Shown in pieces: positions 30,203 through 43,090 of a DNA stretch of 64,000 nucleotides. The notes under the pieces are model-generated. The model had not been told where the DNA came from, searched no databases, and was given only the letters and a program-made list of their open reading frames with translations. Source of the DNA: Fidelibacterota bacterium (GTDB lineage Bacteria > Fidelibacterota > UBA2242); NCBI GenBank assembly GCA_041645495.1, contig JBAZPZ010000001.1:9730-73729 (forward strand), in the 5' to 3' direction. The position numbers and the translations under genes were made by a program. Position 1 is the first letter of the stretch; the number at the start of each line of letters is the position of its first letter.

Positions 30203-32291
30203 TAAAAAAGTCCGGCACGAAGCCTCTGGTTTTCTCGATAATCGTTTTCTGAACCTTCTTATCACAAAAATCGTGATTCGAAAATTTCATCGTAAAATTC
30301 GCTCTGCCCTGTGTGATCGAGCGAAGATCTGTTGCATAACCGAACATCTCTCTGAGCGGCGTGGATGCGTCCACGATGTTGATGTTTCCGCGCTTGTTCA
30401 TACCCGTCACGTTGGCGCGCCGGGAGTTTAAATCGTTGATGACGTCGCCGAGATAAGTATCCGGAACGGTGACTTCGAGCGACATAATCGGTTCCAAAAT
30501 CGCCGGTTCGGTTTTCATCAGCGCCTCTTCCAGCGCCATCGAACCTGCGACTTCAAACGCCAGTTCGGTGGATTCGTCTTCGCGGTATTCGCCGCCGGTG
30601 ATCGTCACTTTGAGTTTCTGCAGCGGGTAACCGGCTAAGATTCCGCTTTTCAATCTATTGATAACGCCGCGCTTGATGGCGGGTATAAATTCTTTGGGTA
30701 AAACGTCGCCATTGAGTCGGTTCTCGACGATCGCGTCCTGAATGTTTCCGGCGGGTTCGACGAGCAATTCAACTTTGGCATACTGTCCTTTTCCGGTCGT
30801 TTGGCGATCGAACGTTGCGATTCCGACGGCAGATTTGGTAACGGTTTCACGATACGAAACCTGTGGTTTGCCGATATGCGCCTTGACGTTGAATTCGCGA
30901 AGCAGACGATCGATAAAAATTTCCAGATGAAGTTCACCCATTCCGGAAATGATTGTCTGTCCGCTCTCTTCGTCTATCTCAACGCGGAAGGTCGGATCTT
31001 CCGTCACCAATTTTTCCAGAGAAGCCTGTAATTGTTCCGAATCGGCTTTGCTTTTCGGCTCGATGGAAACGTGAACGACCGGTTCCGGAAAGACCATGGA
31101 TTCGAGGATGATCGGATTCTTGGAGTCACAAAGCGTATGACCCGTGATGCTGTCTTTCAAGCCGACGACCGCGCCGATTTCTCCCACAGTCAGCACGTCC
31201 TTTTCTTCGCGTTTGTTCGCGTGCATTAGCAAAAGTTTGGAAATCCGCTCTTTTTTCTGGATCGTCGAGTTGTAAACCAGCGTGCCTTTTTCGAGCATTC
31301 CCGAATAGACGCGGATAAAACTCAGACGTCCGACGTGCGGATCGGTCATGATTTTAAAAATGAGTGCCGAAAACGGATCGTCGATACTGGCCTTGCGCTC
31401 GATCGGCGTACCTTTCAGATTTATTCCCTGAATTGGCGGGACGTCAAAAGGTGAAGGCAGGTATTCCACGACGGCATTTAACAGCGGCTGAACGCCTTTG
31501 TTTTTGAAGGCGGAGCCACAAAAAACCGGAACGATCTTGTTTTGGAGCGTCCCGGTACGAATCGCGCGTCGGATTTCTTCGGGCTTAATCTCTTCGCCGT
31601 TCAGATATTTGGCAAAGACGACGTCGTCAAAGTTCGCGGCTTCTTCGATAAGAAGGCCTCTATATTTTTCCGCTTCTTCTTTTAAATCGTTCGGGATTTC
31701 GCCGTCGTAATAAACGGTTCCGAGTCCGTTGTGATCGTAAACGACGCTTTTTTTCTCGATGAGGTCGATGACGCCGTTGAACAGTTCGCCGGTTCCCAGC
31801 GGCAGATTGATCGCCACCGGTTTAGCTTTCAGCCGGTCTTTCATCATTTCGAGAACATTGAAAAAGTCCGCACCGGCTCTGTCCATTTTGTTGACAAACG
31901 CGATGCGCGGAATATGGTATTTGTCGGCTTGTCTCCAGACGGTTTCGCTCTGCGGTTCGACGCCGCCGACGGCGCAAAAGACGGCGATAGCGCCATCCAG
32001 AACTCTCAGCGAGCGTTCGACTTCCGCGGTAAAATCCACGTGTCCCGGCGTATCGATAATATTGATGCGATGTTCGTCCCAGTAACAGGTCGTTGCCGCT
32101 GAAGTAATCGTAATGCCGCGTTCTTTTTCCTGCGCCATCCAATCCATCGTCGCCGAGCCATCATGAACTTCGCCCATCCGATGAACCTTGCCGGTATAAA
32201 AGAGAATTCTCTCAGTCGTAGTGGTCTTTCCGGCGTCGATGTGCGCCATGATACCAATATTCCTTACGTTGCTGAGAGTTTCCTGCTTCAC
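30195..32291 (-). CDS. fusA: Elongation factor G
   Basis: 698 aa; EF-G. Confidence 0.97.
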   Translation of the reverse strand: MKQETLSNVRNIGIMAHIDAGKTTTTERILFYTGKVHRMGEVHDGSATMDWMAQEKERGITITSAATTCYWDEHRINIIDTPGHVDFTAEVERSLRVLDGAIAVFCAVGGVEPQSETVWRQADKYHIPRIAFVNKMDRAGADFFNVLEMMKDRLKAKPVAINLPLGTGELFNGVIDLIEKKSVVYDHNGLGTVYYDGEIPNDLKEEAEKYRGLLIEEAANFDDVVFAKYLNGEEIKPEEIRRAIRTGTLQNKIVPVFCGSAFKNKGVQPLLNAVVEYLPSPFDVPPIQGINLKGTPIERKASIDDPFSALIFKIMTDPHVGRLSFIRVYSGMLEKGTLVYNSTIQKKERISKLLLMHANKREEKDVLTVGEIGAVVGLKDSITGHTLCDSKNPIILESMVFPEPVVHVSIEPKSKADSEQLQASLEKLVTEDPTFRVEIDEESGQTIISGMGELHLEIFIDRLLREFNVKAHIGKPQVSYRETVTKSAVGIATFDRQTTGKGQYAKVELLVEPAGNIQDAIVENRLNGDVLPKEFIPAIKRGVINRLKSGILAGYPLQKLKVTITGGEYREDESTELAFEVAGSMALEEALMKTEPAILEPIMSLEVTVPDTYLGDVINDLNSRRANVTGMNKRGNINIVDASTPLREMFGYATDLRSITQGRANFTMKFSNHDFCDKKVQKTIIEKTRGFVPDFFKT

Positions 32292-32303
32292 AAATTTCCT
32301 GAT

Positions 32304-32774
32304 TTATTTGTAATGGGCAAACGCCTTGTTGGCTTCTGCCATTCGATGTGTATCTTCTTTTTTCTTGATGGAGCCGCCTTCGTTTCCGGCGGCGGCAATG
32401 ATTTCTGCAGAGAGTTTTTCCGCCATCGATTTTCCCGGTCTGGCTTTGGCAAACGTAATGATCCAGCGGGAAGCTAACGCAAACCGGCGTGAGGGTTTGA
32501 CTTCGATCGGGACCTGATATGTCGCGCCGCCGATGCGTCTGGATTTCACTTCCATGACCGGCGAAACGTTGTTGACGGCTTTGCGGAACACATCCAGACC
32601 ATTGGTTTTTTTCGTCTCTTCCACGATCTCGATCGCTTCGTAGAAAACGTTTTCGGCAATCGACTTTTTTCCTTTTCTCAGAAGATAACTAATGAACCGC
32701 GCCGCATCGATCGAATTATATTTCGGATCCGGCAATGTGTGACGAGTAATGACTTTTTTCCTACGAGACATACA
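32304..32774 (-). CDS. rpsG: 30S ribosomal protein S7
   Basis: S7. The likely start is 'MSRRKKVITRH'; the track ORF is over-extended to 32852. Confidence 0.9.
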   Translation of the reverse strand, partial: CMSRRKKVITRHTLPDPKYNSIDAARFISYLLRKGKKSIAENVFYEAIEIVEETKKTNGLDVFRKAVNNVSPVMEVKSRRIGGATYQVPIEVKPSRRFALASRWIITFAKARPGKSMAEKLSAEIIAAAGNEGGSIKKKEDTHRMAEANKAFAHYK

Positions 32775-32784
32775 TGAACCCCTA

Positions 32785-33156
32785 TTATGACGGACGCTTG
32801 GTGCCGTATCTGGATCGGCTATTTTTTCTATCGTTGACGCCGCTTGCATCAAGTGTGCCGCGGATAATGTGATAACGAACTCCCGGAAGGTCTTTTACAC
32901 GTCCGCCCTGCACGAGCACGATGGAATGCTCCTGAAGGTTATGACCTTCGCCCGGGATGTAGGCTGTTACTTCTATCCCGTTCGATAAACGGACACGAGC
33001 AACTTTTCGCAAGGCTGAGTTCGGTTTCTTGGGCGTTGTAGTATAAACGCGCGTGCATACACCTCTCTTCTGAGGGCAACTGCGAAGCGCGGGCGCCTTC
33101 TCCTTCTTGCTAACGATGTCTCTTCCTTTTCGAACTAACTGATTTATTGTCGGCAT
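32785..33156 (-). CDS. rpsL: 30S ribosomal protein S12
   Basis: S12. The likely start is '[12 protein letters not shown]'; the track ORF is over-extended to 33213. Confidence 0.9.
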   Translation of the reverse strand: MPTINQLVRKGRDIVSKKEKAPALRSCPQKRGVCTRVYTTTPKKPNSALRKVARVRLSNGIEVTAYIPGEGHNLQEHSIVLVQGGRVKDLPGVRYHIIRGTLDASGVNDRKNSRSRYGTKRPS

Positions 33157-33231
33157 ACTCTCTCCATTATAAAAGCCTGCAAAAATACAAAAAATTAATT
33201 TTTTAAACAACACCTTTCATAAAACGGAACG

Positions 33232-36200
33232 CTATTTTTGCAAAGCCGCGAGTTCATTTTCCTTGTTTCTTTCCTTTTCGCGGATGTTATCCCATTCCTG
33301 CAATTCTTCTTCCGGCTCCGTCACGAGGATGTTGTTGTACTTGCGTAAACCGGTTCCAGCGGGAATCAAACGTCCCATGATTACATTTTCTTTCAGACCG
33401 CGCAAATAATCGACTTTTCCGGCAACGGCCGCATCGGTCAAAACGCGTGTGGTTTCCTGGAACGACGCCGCCGAGATGAACGATTCCGTGTTCAGAGAAG
33501 CGCGGGTGATGCCCAGCAACATTTCGGTAAATTGAGCCGAATGCGCCGGCCGGGCTTTCGCAGGATTTTTTTCTTCTTCCTTCAACAACCGGTTGAACTT
33601 GGCGAATTCCTTCTTGGAAACGACATCGCCTTCATCCCAGTCGGAATCGCCGACGTTGGTAATGACGACGAAGCCTTTCATCCGCTCGTTCTCTTCGATC
33701 AGTTCGTTGCGGTTGACGCGATCTTTTTCCAGCAGGTTTGTATCGCCGGAGTCTTCGATGCGGACTTTCTGCATCATCTGCCGAACGATGACTTCGATGT
33801 GTTTATCGTTGATGCGAACGCCCTGGAGTCGATAGACTTCCTGTATCTCGTTCACGAGATATTCCTGAACTTTGCGCGGATCCTGAACGGTCAAGATGTC
33901 TTGAGGGGCGACCGGTCCTTCGCAGAGTCTGTCGCCGGCCTTTACGTCATCGCCCTGATTGACGAGTACGAAACGACCGTACGGAATTTTATATTTCTTG
34001 TTGGTGGAACCGTCATAACCGGAGACGATCATCTCGCGAACGCCTTTTTCGGTTTTCCCGAACGTGACGCGTCCGTCGATTTCCGTGATGACCGCCGGGT
34101 CTTTCGGTCTTCTCGCTTCAAAGAGTTCCGCAACGCGCGGCAGACCGCCGGTAATATCACTGGTCTTTCCGGTTTCTTTCGGAATCTTCGCAAGCACGTC
34201 GCCCTGCGCAACCTTGTCGCCGTCTTTGACGACCAGAATCGCGCGAATCGGCAGGACAAATCCCGGATAGACGACCTCTTTGCCGTTCTCTTTACCGACA
34301 ATATCGATCCTCGGTTCTTTATTGCGGTCTTTCGATTCGATGACCGTTACGGACTTGTGACCGGATTCATCGGCTTCGATGCTGTACGTCTGATTTTCGT
34401 CCAGATCGTGGAACTGTACCTTACCGGTCTCCAGCGCTAAAATCTGGTCCATGTAAACATCCCACTTGAACAACGTGTCGCCGATGGTGACGTAATCGCC
34501 CTCTTTGACGAACATCAGAGCGCCGTACGGAACGTTGTAGGTGGAAGTGACGCGATTGTTGTCATCGACAATGCTCATTAGGGAATTGCGGGACAGGACG
34601 ACCCAGTGTTCGCCGGATTTGTGCGGCACCGCATGATATTTCCCTTCTTCAAACTTGATCCGACCTTTGCTCTTCGCTTCGGTCTCGGACTCTTCGACAA
34701 TTCTTGCCGCAGTACCACCGTAGTGGAAGGTTCTCAGTGTCAGCTGAGTGCCCGGCTCGCCGATAGATTGCGCCGCCATGATTCCGACCGATTCGCCGAT
34801 CGTGACGAGGCGCCCGTTGGCAAGGTTTCTTCCGTAACACATCGCGCACAAACCGCGATGCGATTCGCAGGTCAAAACGGAGCGGATACGGACTTTTTCA
34901 ATGCCTGATTCCTGAATCCGTTTCGCCATCTTATCAGTAATTTCCCGTCCGGACTCAACGAGAATCTCGTTTTCGTCATCCGGGTTATAAATATCTTCCT
35001 GCGCGGTACGACCGACGATACGATCCGACAGGTTCTCGATCACGTTTTCCTCTTTTTTCAGAGCCGTGACTTCGATGCCGTTGATCGTATGGCAATCCAG
35101 TTCGGTAATGACCATGTCGTGCGCAACATCAACCAATCTGCGCGTTAAATATCCGGCGTCGGCGGTTTTGAGAGCCGTATCAGCCAAACCTTTACGTGCG
35201 CCGTGCGTGGAAATGAAGTATTCGAGTACTGTCAAACCTTCCTTGAAGTTTGACGTGATCGGCGTTTCGATAATTTCGCCGACCTGACCGGTCATCGATT
35301 TCTGTGGCTTCGCCATTAGACCGCGCATGGCGGCTAATTGTTTGATCTGCTCACTGCTTCCTCTTGCGCCGGAGTCAGCCATGATGTAAACCGGATTGAA
35401 TCCCTGACGATCCTGCGACAGGTGTTCGATCATTTCCTTGGTCAGTTCGTTCGTTGTATGCGTCCATTCGTCGATCACTTTATTATAGCGCTCGCCTTCC
35501 GTCAAAATTCCGTTCTGGAATTTCTTCTGGATTTCTTCGACGCGGTCGAATGACTGACTGAGAATTTCGCCTTTCCTTTCCGGAATCTGGATGTCGGAAA
35601 GTGAAATGGATACGCCGGCTTTCGTCGCAAAGTAAAAGCCGAGGTCTTTCAGAGCATCGAGAAATTTTACCGTTTCGTAGTTACCGACGTCCTGGAACAC
35701 GGTTGAAACGATTCGTTCGACGCTTTTTTTGCTGATTAGTTCGTTGATATAAGGCATCTTCTCTGGCAGAAGCGAATTGAAAAGTGCCCGGCCGATCGTC
35801 GTATCGTGTTTCGCGCCTTTCATCCGAATCTTGACTTTGGCGTGAATGTCCACTTCGCCGATTTCGTAGGCCAGCATCGCTTCGCGGAACGAACTGAATG
35901 ACTTTCCTTCGCCCGGAACGCCTGTTTTCTGGCGGGTGATGTAATAAACGCCGAGCACCATGTCCTGTGAAGGAATGGAGATCGGGAATCCGTGGGCAGG
36001 ATGTAAAATATTATGGCTGGAAAGTGCGAGAATCCGGCATTCCATTTGCGCTTCGAACGAAAGCGGGACGTGGACAGCCATCTGGTCGCCGTCGAAGTCC
36101 GCGTTAAAAGCGGCGCAAACCAGCGGATGAATTTGAATCGCCTTTCCATTAATCAGGACAGGTTGAAAGGCCTGAATGCCGAGTCGATGCAGCGTCGGCG

Positions 36201-37512
36201 CACGGTTGAGGAGAATAGGATGATCTTTCACCACATATTCCAGAACGCGATAAACTTCGTTGTCCTTGCGTTCGACCATCATCTTAGCGGATTTCGGCGT
36301 CTTTGCAAGACGACGACGGATGAGTTGATGGATGATATGCGGTTTGAACAGTTCGATCGCCATTTCTTTCGGTAATCCGCATTGATTCAGTTTCAATGTC
36401 GGGCCAACGACGATTACCGAACGACCGCTGTAATCGACGCGTTTTCCAAGCAGGTTCTGCCGGAAGCGCCCTTCCTTGCCTTTCAGCATGTCGCTGAGGC
36501 TCTTGAGCGGACGACGCGTGCCACTTCGGACTTCCGTTCGTCTGCGACTGTTGTCGAACAACGAATCGACGGCTTCCTGCAACATTCTCTTTTCGTTCCG
36601 AAGAATGACGTCAGGCGCCTTGATCTCGATCAGCTGTTTCAGGCGGTTGTTTCGAATAATGACGCGCCGGTAGAGATCGTTCAGATCGCTCGCGGCAAAT
36701 CGACCGCCTTCCAACGGCACCAACGGTCTCAAATCCGGGGGAATGACCGGCAGGACGGTGATAATCATCCATTCCGGTTTATTCACGGGTTTCGCTTCGC
36801 TGGGCAGGAATGCCTGAACGACTTTGAGACGTTTCAGGATTTCCGCCTTTTGTGTCGCGGATTTCTTAGATTTCAGTTCCGCTTTCAGGTCGCGGACCAG
36901 GACTTCTGTATCGACTTTCTGCAGGAGTTCGCGAATCGCTTCACCGCCGGTTTTGGCGATGAAGTAGCCCTGCGCTTCATCCTCGTCAAAAAGTTCAGCT
37001 TTCGGTCCGAATTTTATCGTGTTCTCGAAAAATTCCTCTTCGGAGATGACCGACTTGTACGGCAGTTTCGACTGTCCCTGATTGAGGACGACGTACTTCT
37101 CGTAATAGACGATCTCTTCAAGGTTTTTCGTCGGAATGTTTAGCAGGTAGTACAGTTTGCTGGGAATCGAGCGAAGAAACCAGATATGAACGACGGGAAC
37201 GGCTAACGTGATGTGTCCCATGCGCTCGCGTCTGACCTTTTTCCGGGCGACTTCGACGCCGCACCGGTCGCAGATGATTCCTTTGTAGCGAATGCGTTTG
37301 TACTTTCCGCAATGACATTCCCAGTCCTTGATCGGGCCGAAAATCTTCTCACAGAACAACCCGTCTTTCTCCGGCTTGTAACTGCGGTAGTTGATGGTTT
37401 CCGGTTTGAGAACCTCGCCATGCGACCGGGTTAAAATATTTTCAGGAGAAGAGACATGTATTGTGATCTTTTCAAACTCTGTACGATGACTAAAAGGTTT
37501 TGAAAAATTCAT
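33232..37512 (-). CDS. rpoC: DNA-directed RNA polymerase beta' subunit
   Basis: The 1426-aa ORF has the zinc-binding CHCGKY...CDRCGVEV motif and the NADFDGD catalytic motif. Confidence 0.97.
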   Translation of the reverse strand: MNFSKPFSHRTEFEKITIHVSSPENILTRSHGEVLKPETINYRSYKPEKDGLFCEKIFGPIKDWECHCGKYKRIRYKGIICDRCGVEVARKKVRRERMGHITLAVPVVHIWFLRSIPSKLYYLLNIPTKNLEEIVYYEKYVVLNQGQSKLPYKSVISEEEFFENTIKFGPKAELFDEDEAQGYFIAKTGGEAIRELLQKVDTEVLVRDLKAELKSKKSATQKAEILKRLKVVQAFLPSEAKPVNKPEWMIITVLPVIPPDLRPLVPLEGGRFAASDLNDLYRRVIIRNNRLKQLIEIKAPDVILRNEKRMLQEAVDSLFDNSRRRTEVRSGTRRPLKSLSDMLKGKEGRFRQNLLGKRVDYSGRSVIVVGPTLKLNQCGLPKEMAIELFKPHIIHQLIRRRLAKTPKSAKMMVERKDNEVYRVLEYVVKDHPILLNRAPTLHRLGIQAFQPVLINGKAIQIHPLVCAAFNADFDGDQMAVHVPLSFEAQMECRILALSSHNILHPAHGFPISIPSQDMVLGVYYITRQKTGVPGEGKSFSSFREAMLAYEIGEVDIHAKVKIRMKGAKHDTTIGRALFNSLLPEKMPYINELISKKSVERIVSTVFQDVGNYETVKFLDALKDLGFYFATKAGVSISLSDIQIPERKGEILSQSFDRVEEIQKKFQNGILTEGERYNKVIDEWTHTTNELTKEMIEHLSQDRQGFNPVYIMADSGARGSSEQIKQLAAMRGLMAKPQKSMTGQVGEIIETPITSNFKEGLTVLEYFISTHGARKGLADTALKTADAGYLTRRLVDVAHDMVITELDCHTINGIEVTALKKEENVIENLSDRIVGRTAQEDIYNPDDENEILVESGREITDKMAKRIQESGIEKVRIRSVLTCESHRGLCAMCYGRNLANGRLVTIGESVGIMAAQSIGEPGTQLTLRTFHYGGTAARIVEESETEAKSKGRIKFEEGKYHAVPHKSGEHWVVLSRNSLMSIVDDNNRVTSTYNVPYGALMFVKEGDYVTIGDTLFKWDVYMDQILALETGKVQFHDLDENQTYSIEADESGHKSVTVIESKDRNKEPRIDIVGKENGKEVVYPGFVLPIRAILVVKDGDKVAQGDVLAKIPKETGKTSDITGGLPRVAELFEARRPKDPAVITEIDGRVTFGKTEKGVREMIVSGYDGSTNKKYKIPYGRFVLVNQGDDVKAGDRLCEGPVAPQDILTVQDPRKVQEYLVNEIQEVYRLQGVRINDKHIEVIVRQMMQKVRIEDSGDTNLLEKDRVNRNELIEENERMKGFVVITNVGDSDWDEGDVVSKKEFAKFNRLLKEEEKNPAKARPAHSAQFTEMLLGITRASLNTESFISAASFQETTRVLTDAAVAGKVDYLRGLKENVIMGRLIPAGTGLRKYNNILVTEPEEELQEWDNIREKERNKENELAALQK

Positions 37513-37547
37513 ATTGACCTTTATTCCTCCAGTCCCGGAATTCGGGG

Positions 37548-40500
37548 CTAACTAATATCCATTTCTATACAAAGACCTTGTAATTCCTTGAGGAGAACGT
37601 TGAAAGATTCCGGCACGCCGAAATCAGAAAAGTTCTCGCCTTTTACAATGGCATTGTACACTTTCGCGCGGCCATCGACGTCATCGGACTTAACGGTCAG
37701 GATTTCCTGAAGAGTATAGGCGGCGCCATAGGCTTCAAGCGCCCATACTTCCATTTCTCCGAATCGCTGTCCGCCGAACTGCGCTTTTCCGCCGAGCGGC
37801 TGTTGCGTGACCAAAGAGTAAGGTCCAGTGGATCGGGCATGCATCTTGTCTTCGACTAAATGCGACAATTTCATCATATAGATGCATCCAACCGTAACAG
37901 GATTATCGAACGCTTCGCCGGTTCGGCCATCGTACAACGAGACTTTTCCGGTCTGCGGTAAACCGGCGACACGAAGTTCTTCCGTGACTTCCTTTTCGGT
38001 TGCGCCGTTAAAAACCGGCGTTTCGTAATAAACACCGAGTTCTTTACCCGCCCATCCAAGCATCGTTTCGTACAATTGTCCGAGGTTCATACGTGAAGGA
38101 ACGCCCAGCGGATTCAGGACGATGTCCACCGGCGTGCCGTCTTCGAGGAACGGCATGTCTTCCTGTGGAACGATAATAGAAACGACGCCTTTGTTTCCGT
38201 GGCGTCCTGCCATTTTATCGCCGACCTGAACCTTGCGTTTGTTCGCAACGTAAACCTTAGCGAGTTGAAGAACGCCAGGCTGAAGATCGTCGCCGACCTT
38301 GATCTTGTAGATGCTTTGTTCCAGATCCTCGTCGATCTTTTGGGACAGCAGGATAAAATCCTTGATGACCATTTCGATCTTGACGTTGGTTTCCGGATCG
38401 GTCGTCCACGATTCCTCGACGCTCAGCGTGTCGAATTTTAGTTCAGCAATCTTCTCTTCGGTTAAAACGGTGCCCGCCTTGAGAACTGTCTTGTTTTTGG
38501 ACATTTCCTTCATAACGGCAACGGTCTTGTCTTTCAGGAATCTTGCCAAAAGCGCATCGCGCCGTTCTCTCAATGAACGGTGTTTCTGGATGCTAAGACT
38601 CGTTTCCTCGTCGATGTGGCGTTTTTCCTCGAGTTTGCTGGTCTTGTTCTTTCTCTGGAAAAGTTTCGTCTCCACGGCGACGCCCTTGATGCCGGGGTCT
38701 GCGCGTTTGGAGGCGTCTTTCACGTCGCTGGCTTTCTCGCCGAAAATCGCCCGTAGCAATTTCTCTTCGGGTGTCGGATCGGTTTCGCCTTTCGGTGTGA
38801 CTTTACCGATCAAAATGTCGCCGGTTTCAACTTCGGCGCCGACGCGAATGATACCATTGGCGTCTAAATTACGAGTCGCTTCTTCGCTGACATTCGGAAT
38901 TTCACGCGTCAATTCTTCGTTGCCGCGTTTGGTGTCCCGAACTTCGAGTTCAAATTCTTTGATATGAACCGACGTGAAGACGTCGTCGCGTACGACGCGT
39001 TCGTTGAGGATGATCGCGTCTTCAAAATTATATCCACGCCATGGCATGAATGCGACCATGACATTTCGTCCCAGCGCCAATTCGCCCTTGTCCGTCGAAC
39101 AACCGTCGGCGATGGGCTCGCCCGTCTTGACGACGTCGCCCTTATTGACCAGCGGTCGCTGATTGATGGCGGTATCCTGATTGGTGCGTAAAAACTTGGC
39201 CAGATCGACGCGGATTTTGCCTTGATTTTCGTCCAAAAGAATCTCTTTTTCCGTATCGGTGCGAACGACGATGTATTCCGAACAGACCTCATCAATCACG
39301 CCGTCTGCGGGTGAAAGAACGGTCGAGCGTGAATCTCTCGCCACCGCTTTTTCCAATCCCGTGCCGACGATCGGCACTTCCGGTTTCAACAGCGGCACAG
39401 ATTGCCTCTGCATGTTGGAACCCATCAGGGCGCGGTTAGCGTCGTCATGTTCCAGGAACGGAATCAACGCGGCGGATACCGAAACGATCTGATCCGGCGA
39501 AAAATCCATGTAGCGGATTTGCGATGGTGGTGCAATCGGAAATTCACCTCTGATCCGGGCGCGAACGCGCGGCATGGTGAAATGACCGGCTTCATCGATA
39601 GCGGCGTTTGCCTGCGCGATGAGTTCGCGGTCTTCATCGTCAGCCGACAGAAAATCCACTTTGTTGGTAACTGTTGGAAGACCTTCGATTATTTCGACGC
39701 GGCGATACGGCGTCTCGATAAATCCTAATTTATTGACGTAAGCATAGGTCGCGAGCGAGGCGATCAATCCGATGTTCGGACCTTCCGGCGTCTCGATCGG
39801 GCACAGGCGTCCGTAGTGCGTATAATGCACGTCGCGGACTTCGAATCCTGCCCGGTCGCGTGTCAAACCGCCGGGTCCCAAAGATGAGACGCGCCGTTTG
39901 TGCGTGATCTCCGCCAGCGGATTCGTCTGATCCATGAACTGAGACAGCTGGCTGGTACCGTAAAACGAATTGATGACCGACGTGATGATTCGCGAATTGA
40001 TCAGGTCCTGAGGTGTTAGATTTTCCGACTCCCGCAGGTTCATGCGTTCCTTGATCGTGCGCGACATCCGGGTGAAAGCGAGATTGAACTGATTCGTCAG
40101 CTGTTCGCCGACGGTTCTCACGCGCCGGTTTCCCAGATGATCGATATCGTCCGGGCCGATCAGACCTTTTTTCATCTGGACGATGCGTTTCATCAACTCG
40201 ACGATGTCTTCCTTCGTCAGGACGGTCAGTTCCAACGGCACTTTCAGATTGAATTTCTTATTGATGCGGTAGCGACCGACCCGTCCCAGATCGTATTTCT
40301 TGGGACTGAAGAAAAGCCGTTCGACGAATTTTTTCGCCGTATCCAGATTCGGCGGCTCTCCGGTGCGTAGGCTTCGGTACAGAAAATAGAGCGCGGATTC
40401 TTCGTCCGAGGTTGCCGTATCTTTGCGGAAAGTATTCAGGAAAATATTTCTCTCGATTTCGTCCTCGGTTGTAAAGACCAAGAGCGAATTAATCTTGTGC

Positions 40501-41330
40501 TTTTTCAGTTCCTGAAGCATTTCTTTATCGACGACGAGTTGGTCTTTGAGCTCGTGTAGAACTTCGCCGGTTTCCGGATCGATGATGTTCTCGGCCACGA
40601 TTTTGCCCATGGCTTCTTTGGCGGAGCCGGGAAATGTATATCGTGTGCCGATGCCGAAGAGGTTTAGAATATTTTCGTTCGTCGGATAGCCGAATGCTCT
40701 CAGCAGGATAGTAGCGGGGAATTTACGTCTCCGGTCCACAACGGCGCTGAGGACATCGCGCGTATCGATGATAAAGTCAACCCACGAACCGCGAAATGGA
40801 ATAACACGCGCCGTGTATATTTTCATTCCGTTGGTATGTTCGCTTTCGTCGAAGAAAACGCCCGGTGAACGCTGGAGTTGACTGACGATGACCCTTTCGG
40901 CGCCATTGATGATAAAGGTGCCTTTCTCGGTCATGTACGGTATATTTCCGAAGAAAATATCCTGTTCGATACCCGCGGAATAATCTCCCTTGTTCGCGCC
41001 CTCTTCACTGATATGAAGAACCAGACGGACTTTTAACGGAACGGCATAGCTGACGCCGCGCTCGAGACATTCCTTGATAGTATAGCGCGGTTCGCCGACC
41101 GTATAATATTTGTATTCCAGAAGATAATTGCCATGTGTGTCTTCTACTGGAAAAATATTGCGGAAAGCCGATTCGAGCCCTTTGTTCTCCCGCTTGTCAG
41201 GTAAAACGTTCTTCTGCAGGAATTCTTCAAACGACTTAGTCTGAACTTCCAGCAGATTCGGCATTGCCTGAATGGAAATAACCTTTGCGAATGTTTTTCG
41301 CGCAATGATTTTAGGGGGAGTATTACTCAA
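37548..41330 (-). CDS. rpoB: DNA-directed RNA polymerase beta subunit
   Basis: 1260 aa; RpoB. Confidence 0.97.
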   Translation of the reverse strand: MSNTPPKIIARKTFAKVISIQAMPNLLEVQTKSFEEFLQKNVLPDKRENKGLESAFRNIFPVEDTHGNYLLEYKYYTVGEPRYTIKECLERGVSYAVPLKVRLVLHISEEGANKGDYSAGIEQDIFFGNIPYMTEKGTFIINGAERVIVSQLQRSPGVFFDESEHTNGMKIYTARVIPFRGSWVDFIIDTRDVLSAVVDRRRKFPATILLRAFGYPTNENILNLFGIGTRYTFPGSAKEAMGKIVAENIIDPETGEVLHELKDQLVVDKEMLQELKKHKINSLLVFTTEDEIERNIFLNTFRKDTATSDEESALYFLYRSLRTGEPPNLDTAKKFVERLFFSPKKYDLGRVGRYRINKKFNLKVPLELTVLTKEDIVELMKRIVQMKKGLIGPDDIDHLGNRRVRTVGEQLTNQFNLAFTRMSRTIKERMNLRESENLTPQDLINSRIITSVINSFYGTSQLSQFMDQTNPLAEITHKRRVSSLGPGGLTRDRAGFEVRDVHYTHYGRLCPIETPEGPNIGLIASLATYAYVNKLGFIETPYRRVEIIEGLPTVTNKVDFLSADDEDRELIAQANAAIDEAGHFTMPRVRARIRGEFPIAPPSQIRYMDFSPDQIVSVSAALIPFLEHDDANRALMGSNMQRQSVPLLKPEVPIVGTGLEKAVARDSRSTVLSPADGVIDEVCSEYIVVRTDTEKEILLDENQGKIRVDLAKFLRTNQDTAINQRPLVNKGDVVKTGEPIADGCSTDKGELALGRNVMVAFMPWRGYNFEDAIILNERVVRDDVFTSVHIKEFELEVRDTKRGNEELTREIPNVSEEATRNLDANGIIRVGAEVETGDILIGKVTPKGETDPTPEEKLLRAIFGEKASDVKDASKRADPGIKGVAVETKLFQRKNKTSKLEEKRHIDEETSLSIQKHRSLRERRDALLARFLKDKTVAVMKEMSKNKTVLKAGTVLTEEKIAELKFDTLSVEESWTTDPETNVKIEMVIKDFILLSQKIDEDLEQSIYKIKVGDDLQPGVLQLAKVYVANKRKVQVGDKMAGRHGNKGVVSIIVPQEDMPFLEDGTPVDIVLNPLGVPSRMNLGQLYETMLGWAGKELGVYYETPVFNGATEKEVTEELRVAGLPQTGKVSLYDGRTGEAFDNPVTVGCIYMMKLSHLVEDKMHARSTGPYSLVTQQPLGGKAQFGGQRFGEMEVWALEAYGAAYTLQEILTVKSDDVDGRAKVYNAIVKGENFSDFGVPESFNVLLKELQGLCIEMDIS

Positions 41331-41440
41331 AAGTATCCCTCCTTTTCACGTTTTTGCAGCTTCCCAATAATTAGGGAAGCTTTGAATTGTTGAAAAAGCG
41401 CTGTCATGCACGTTGTAAGCGAGAATTGAATAGCGGAAGG

Positions 41441-41833
41441 CTATTTAATTTCGACTTTAGCCCCTGCTTCTTCCAATTGCTTCTTCAGGCTTTCTGCGTC
41501 TTCCTTCGATATGCCTTCTTTAACTGTGCTCGGTGCACCGTCAACTAAATCTTTCGCTTCTTTCAGTCCGAGATTGGTGACGGCTCTGACGACTTTGATG
41601 ACATTGATCTTCTGGGCGCCGATTTCTTTCAGTACGACGTCAAATTCGGTCTGTTCTTCTACTTTGGGCGCTTCGGCGACTTCGGCGGCTACTGCCACGG
41701 CGGCAACGGGTGCGGCGGCCTTGACATCAAATTTCTTTTCGATCTCTTTGATGAGCTCGGAGATCTCCAGCATATTTGCTTTTTCTAAATATTCGAGAAC
41801 GTCTGCTCTTGTTATGTCTGCCATTTCTAACAT
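41441..41833 (-). CDS. rplL: 50S ribosomal protein L7/L12
   Basis: The 130-aa ORF has the Ala-rich hinge and the conserved CTD. Confidence 0.95.
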   Translation of the reverse strand: MLEMADITRADVLEYLEKANMLEISELIKEIEKKFDVKAAAPVAAVAVAAEVAEAPKVEEQTEFDVVLKEIGAQKINVIKVVRAVTNLGLKEAKDLVDGAPSTVKEGISKEDAESLKKQLEEAGAKVEIK

Positions 41834-41853
41834 ACCTCCTTGTTATATAACTA

Positions 41854-42375
41854 TTATGTTTTTGTTTCGTTAAGTGATTTGAGCGTCCCGACCAGCTGTC
41901 CCATCGCGGCATTCAAAACGCCGACGAGGTTGCTCATGGGAATCGCAAGTGTGCCAACAAAACTGGCGATCAGATCTTTCTTCGACGGTAGATTGATGAT
42001 GGTTTCGATGCTTTCGGCGCCATACGCTTCTCCTTCGAAGATACAACCGGTGATGCTCAGTTTTTCTAATTTATTCTTTTTAATAAACGCGCTGATGATT
42101 TTGCCCGGAGCCGCGGGATCTCCGTATGAAAACGCCATTCCTATCTGCCCTTCGAGTAGCCGATCGATGGCGGGTTTGCCCGTCTCCTTCGCGGCGATTT
42201 TGGCAAGCGTCTTCTTGGCGATTTTGTAATCGATATTTGCCTCGAACAGTTCCCTGCGTAACGTGTTCATTTGCTGAACGGTCATTCCTTTGTAATTGGT
42301 AAAGAAAATGCCCTTGGCTCGGGAAAATTTATCCGTTACGTCTTGAACTATTTCGGTTTTCTTCAGATTCGGCAT
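41854..42375 (-). CDS. rplJ: 50S ribosomal protein L10
   Basis: 173 aa; L10. Confidence 0.9.
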   Translation of the reverse strand: MPNLKKTEIVQDVTDKFSRAKGIFFTNYKGMTVQQMNTLRRELFEANIDYKIAKKTLAKIAAKETGKPAIDRLLEGQIGMAFSYGDPAAPGKIISAFIKKNKLEKLSITGCIFEGEAYGAESIETIINLPSKKDLIASFVGTLAIPMSNLVGVLNAAMGQLVGTLKSLNETKT

Positions 42376-42390
42376 GCTTTCTCCTATTCC

Positions 42391-43077
42391 TTATATAACC
42401 GTAGATTTATCGACGCGGATGCCGGGACCCATCGTCGTGGTGAGGGTCATTTTCTGGAAATAGATGCCTTTGGCTGACGTCGGACGCAAACGCATGAGCG
42501 TGCTCATCAACGCCTTGATATTCTCTTCCAGACTTTCTTGCGCGAAACTCCGCTTGCCGACCGGCGAGTGAATCAGTCCGTTCTTATCGACGCGTACTTC
42601 AACGCGCCCGGCTTTGACTTCCCTGACCGCGGAGGCAACATCGTTGGTAACTGTTCCGCTCTTAGGATTCGGCATCAGGCCTTTAGGACCGAGAATTTTA
42701 CCGAGTTTTCCAACTTGTGCCATGACATCCGGTGTGGAAATGATCACATCCACGTCCGTCCAGCCGCCCTGAATTTTGGCTACGTATTCTTCAAGTCCAA
42801 CGAATTCGGCGCCGGCTTGCATGGCCTCATCGACTTTCGATTTTGTCAAAACGAGAACCCGAATCTTCTTGCCCGTTCCAAACGGATAAAGGACGGTTCC
42901 GCGGATATTTTGATCGGCGTGTCTCGGATCGACGCCCAGATTGATATGAGCCTCAACCGTCTCGTCGAATTTCGCGCCTTGAATATCTTTCAGGATGGAA
43001 ACCGCTTCTTTAAGAGAATATTCCTTTCTCCGATCGATTTTTGAATAGTTTGTTTCTACCCGTTTTGAGATTTTCAT
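42391..43077 (-). CDS. rplA: 50S ribosomal protein L1
   Basis: 228 aa; L1. Confidence 0.95.
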   Translation of the reverse strand: MKISKRVETNYSKIDRRKEYSLKEAVSILKDIQGAKFDETVEAHINLGVDPRHADQNIRGTVLYPFGTGKKIRVLVLTKSKVDEAMQAGAEFVGLEEYVAKIQGGWTDVDVIISTPDVMAQVGKLGKILGPKGLMPNPKSGTVTNDVASAVREVKAGRVEVRVDKNGLIHSPVGKRSFAQESLEENIKALMSTLMRLRPTSAKGIYFQKMTLTTTMGPGIRVDKSTVI

Positions 43078-43090
43078 AAAACTGAATCCT

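Noticed and set aside
33532-37143. Several long plus-strand ORFs inside rpoC (302 aa, 253 aa, 120 aa and 100 aa).
   Set aside because: They lie antisense to and entirely inside the strongly conserved beta' gene. They have no RBS or recognisable domains, and are typical shadow ORFs of a high-GC-third-position coding region.
38311-40370. Plus-strand ORFs inside rpoB, including a 218-aa Ser-rich ORF.
   Set aside because: These are antisense shadow ORFs, low-complexity and without homology logic.
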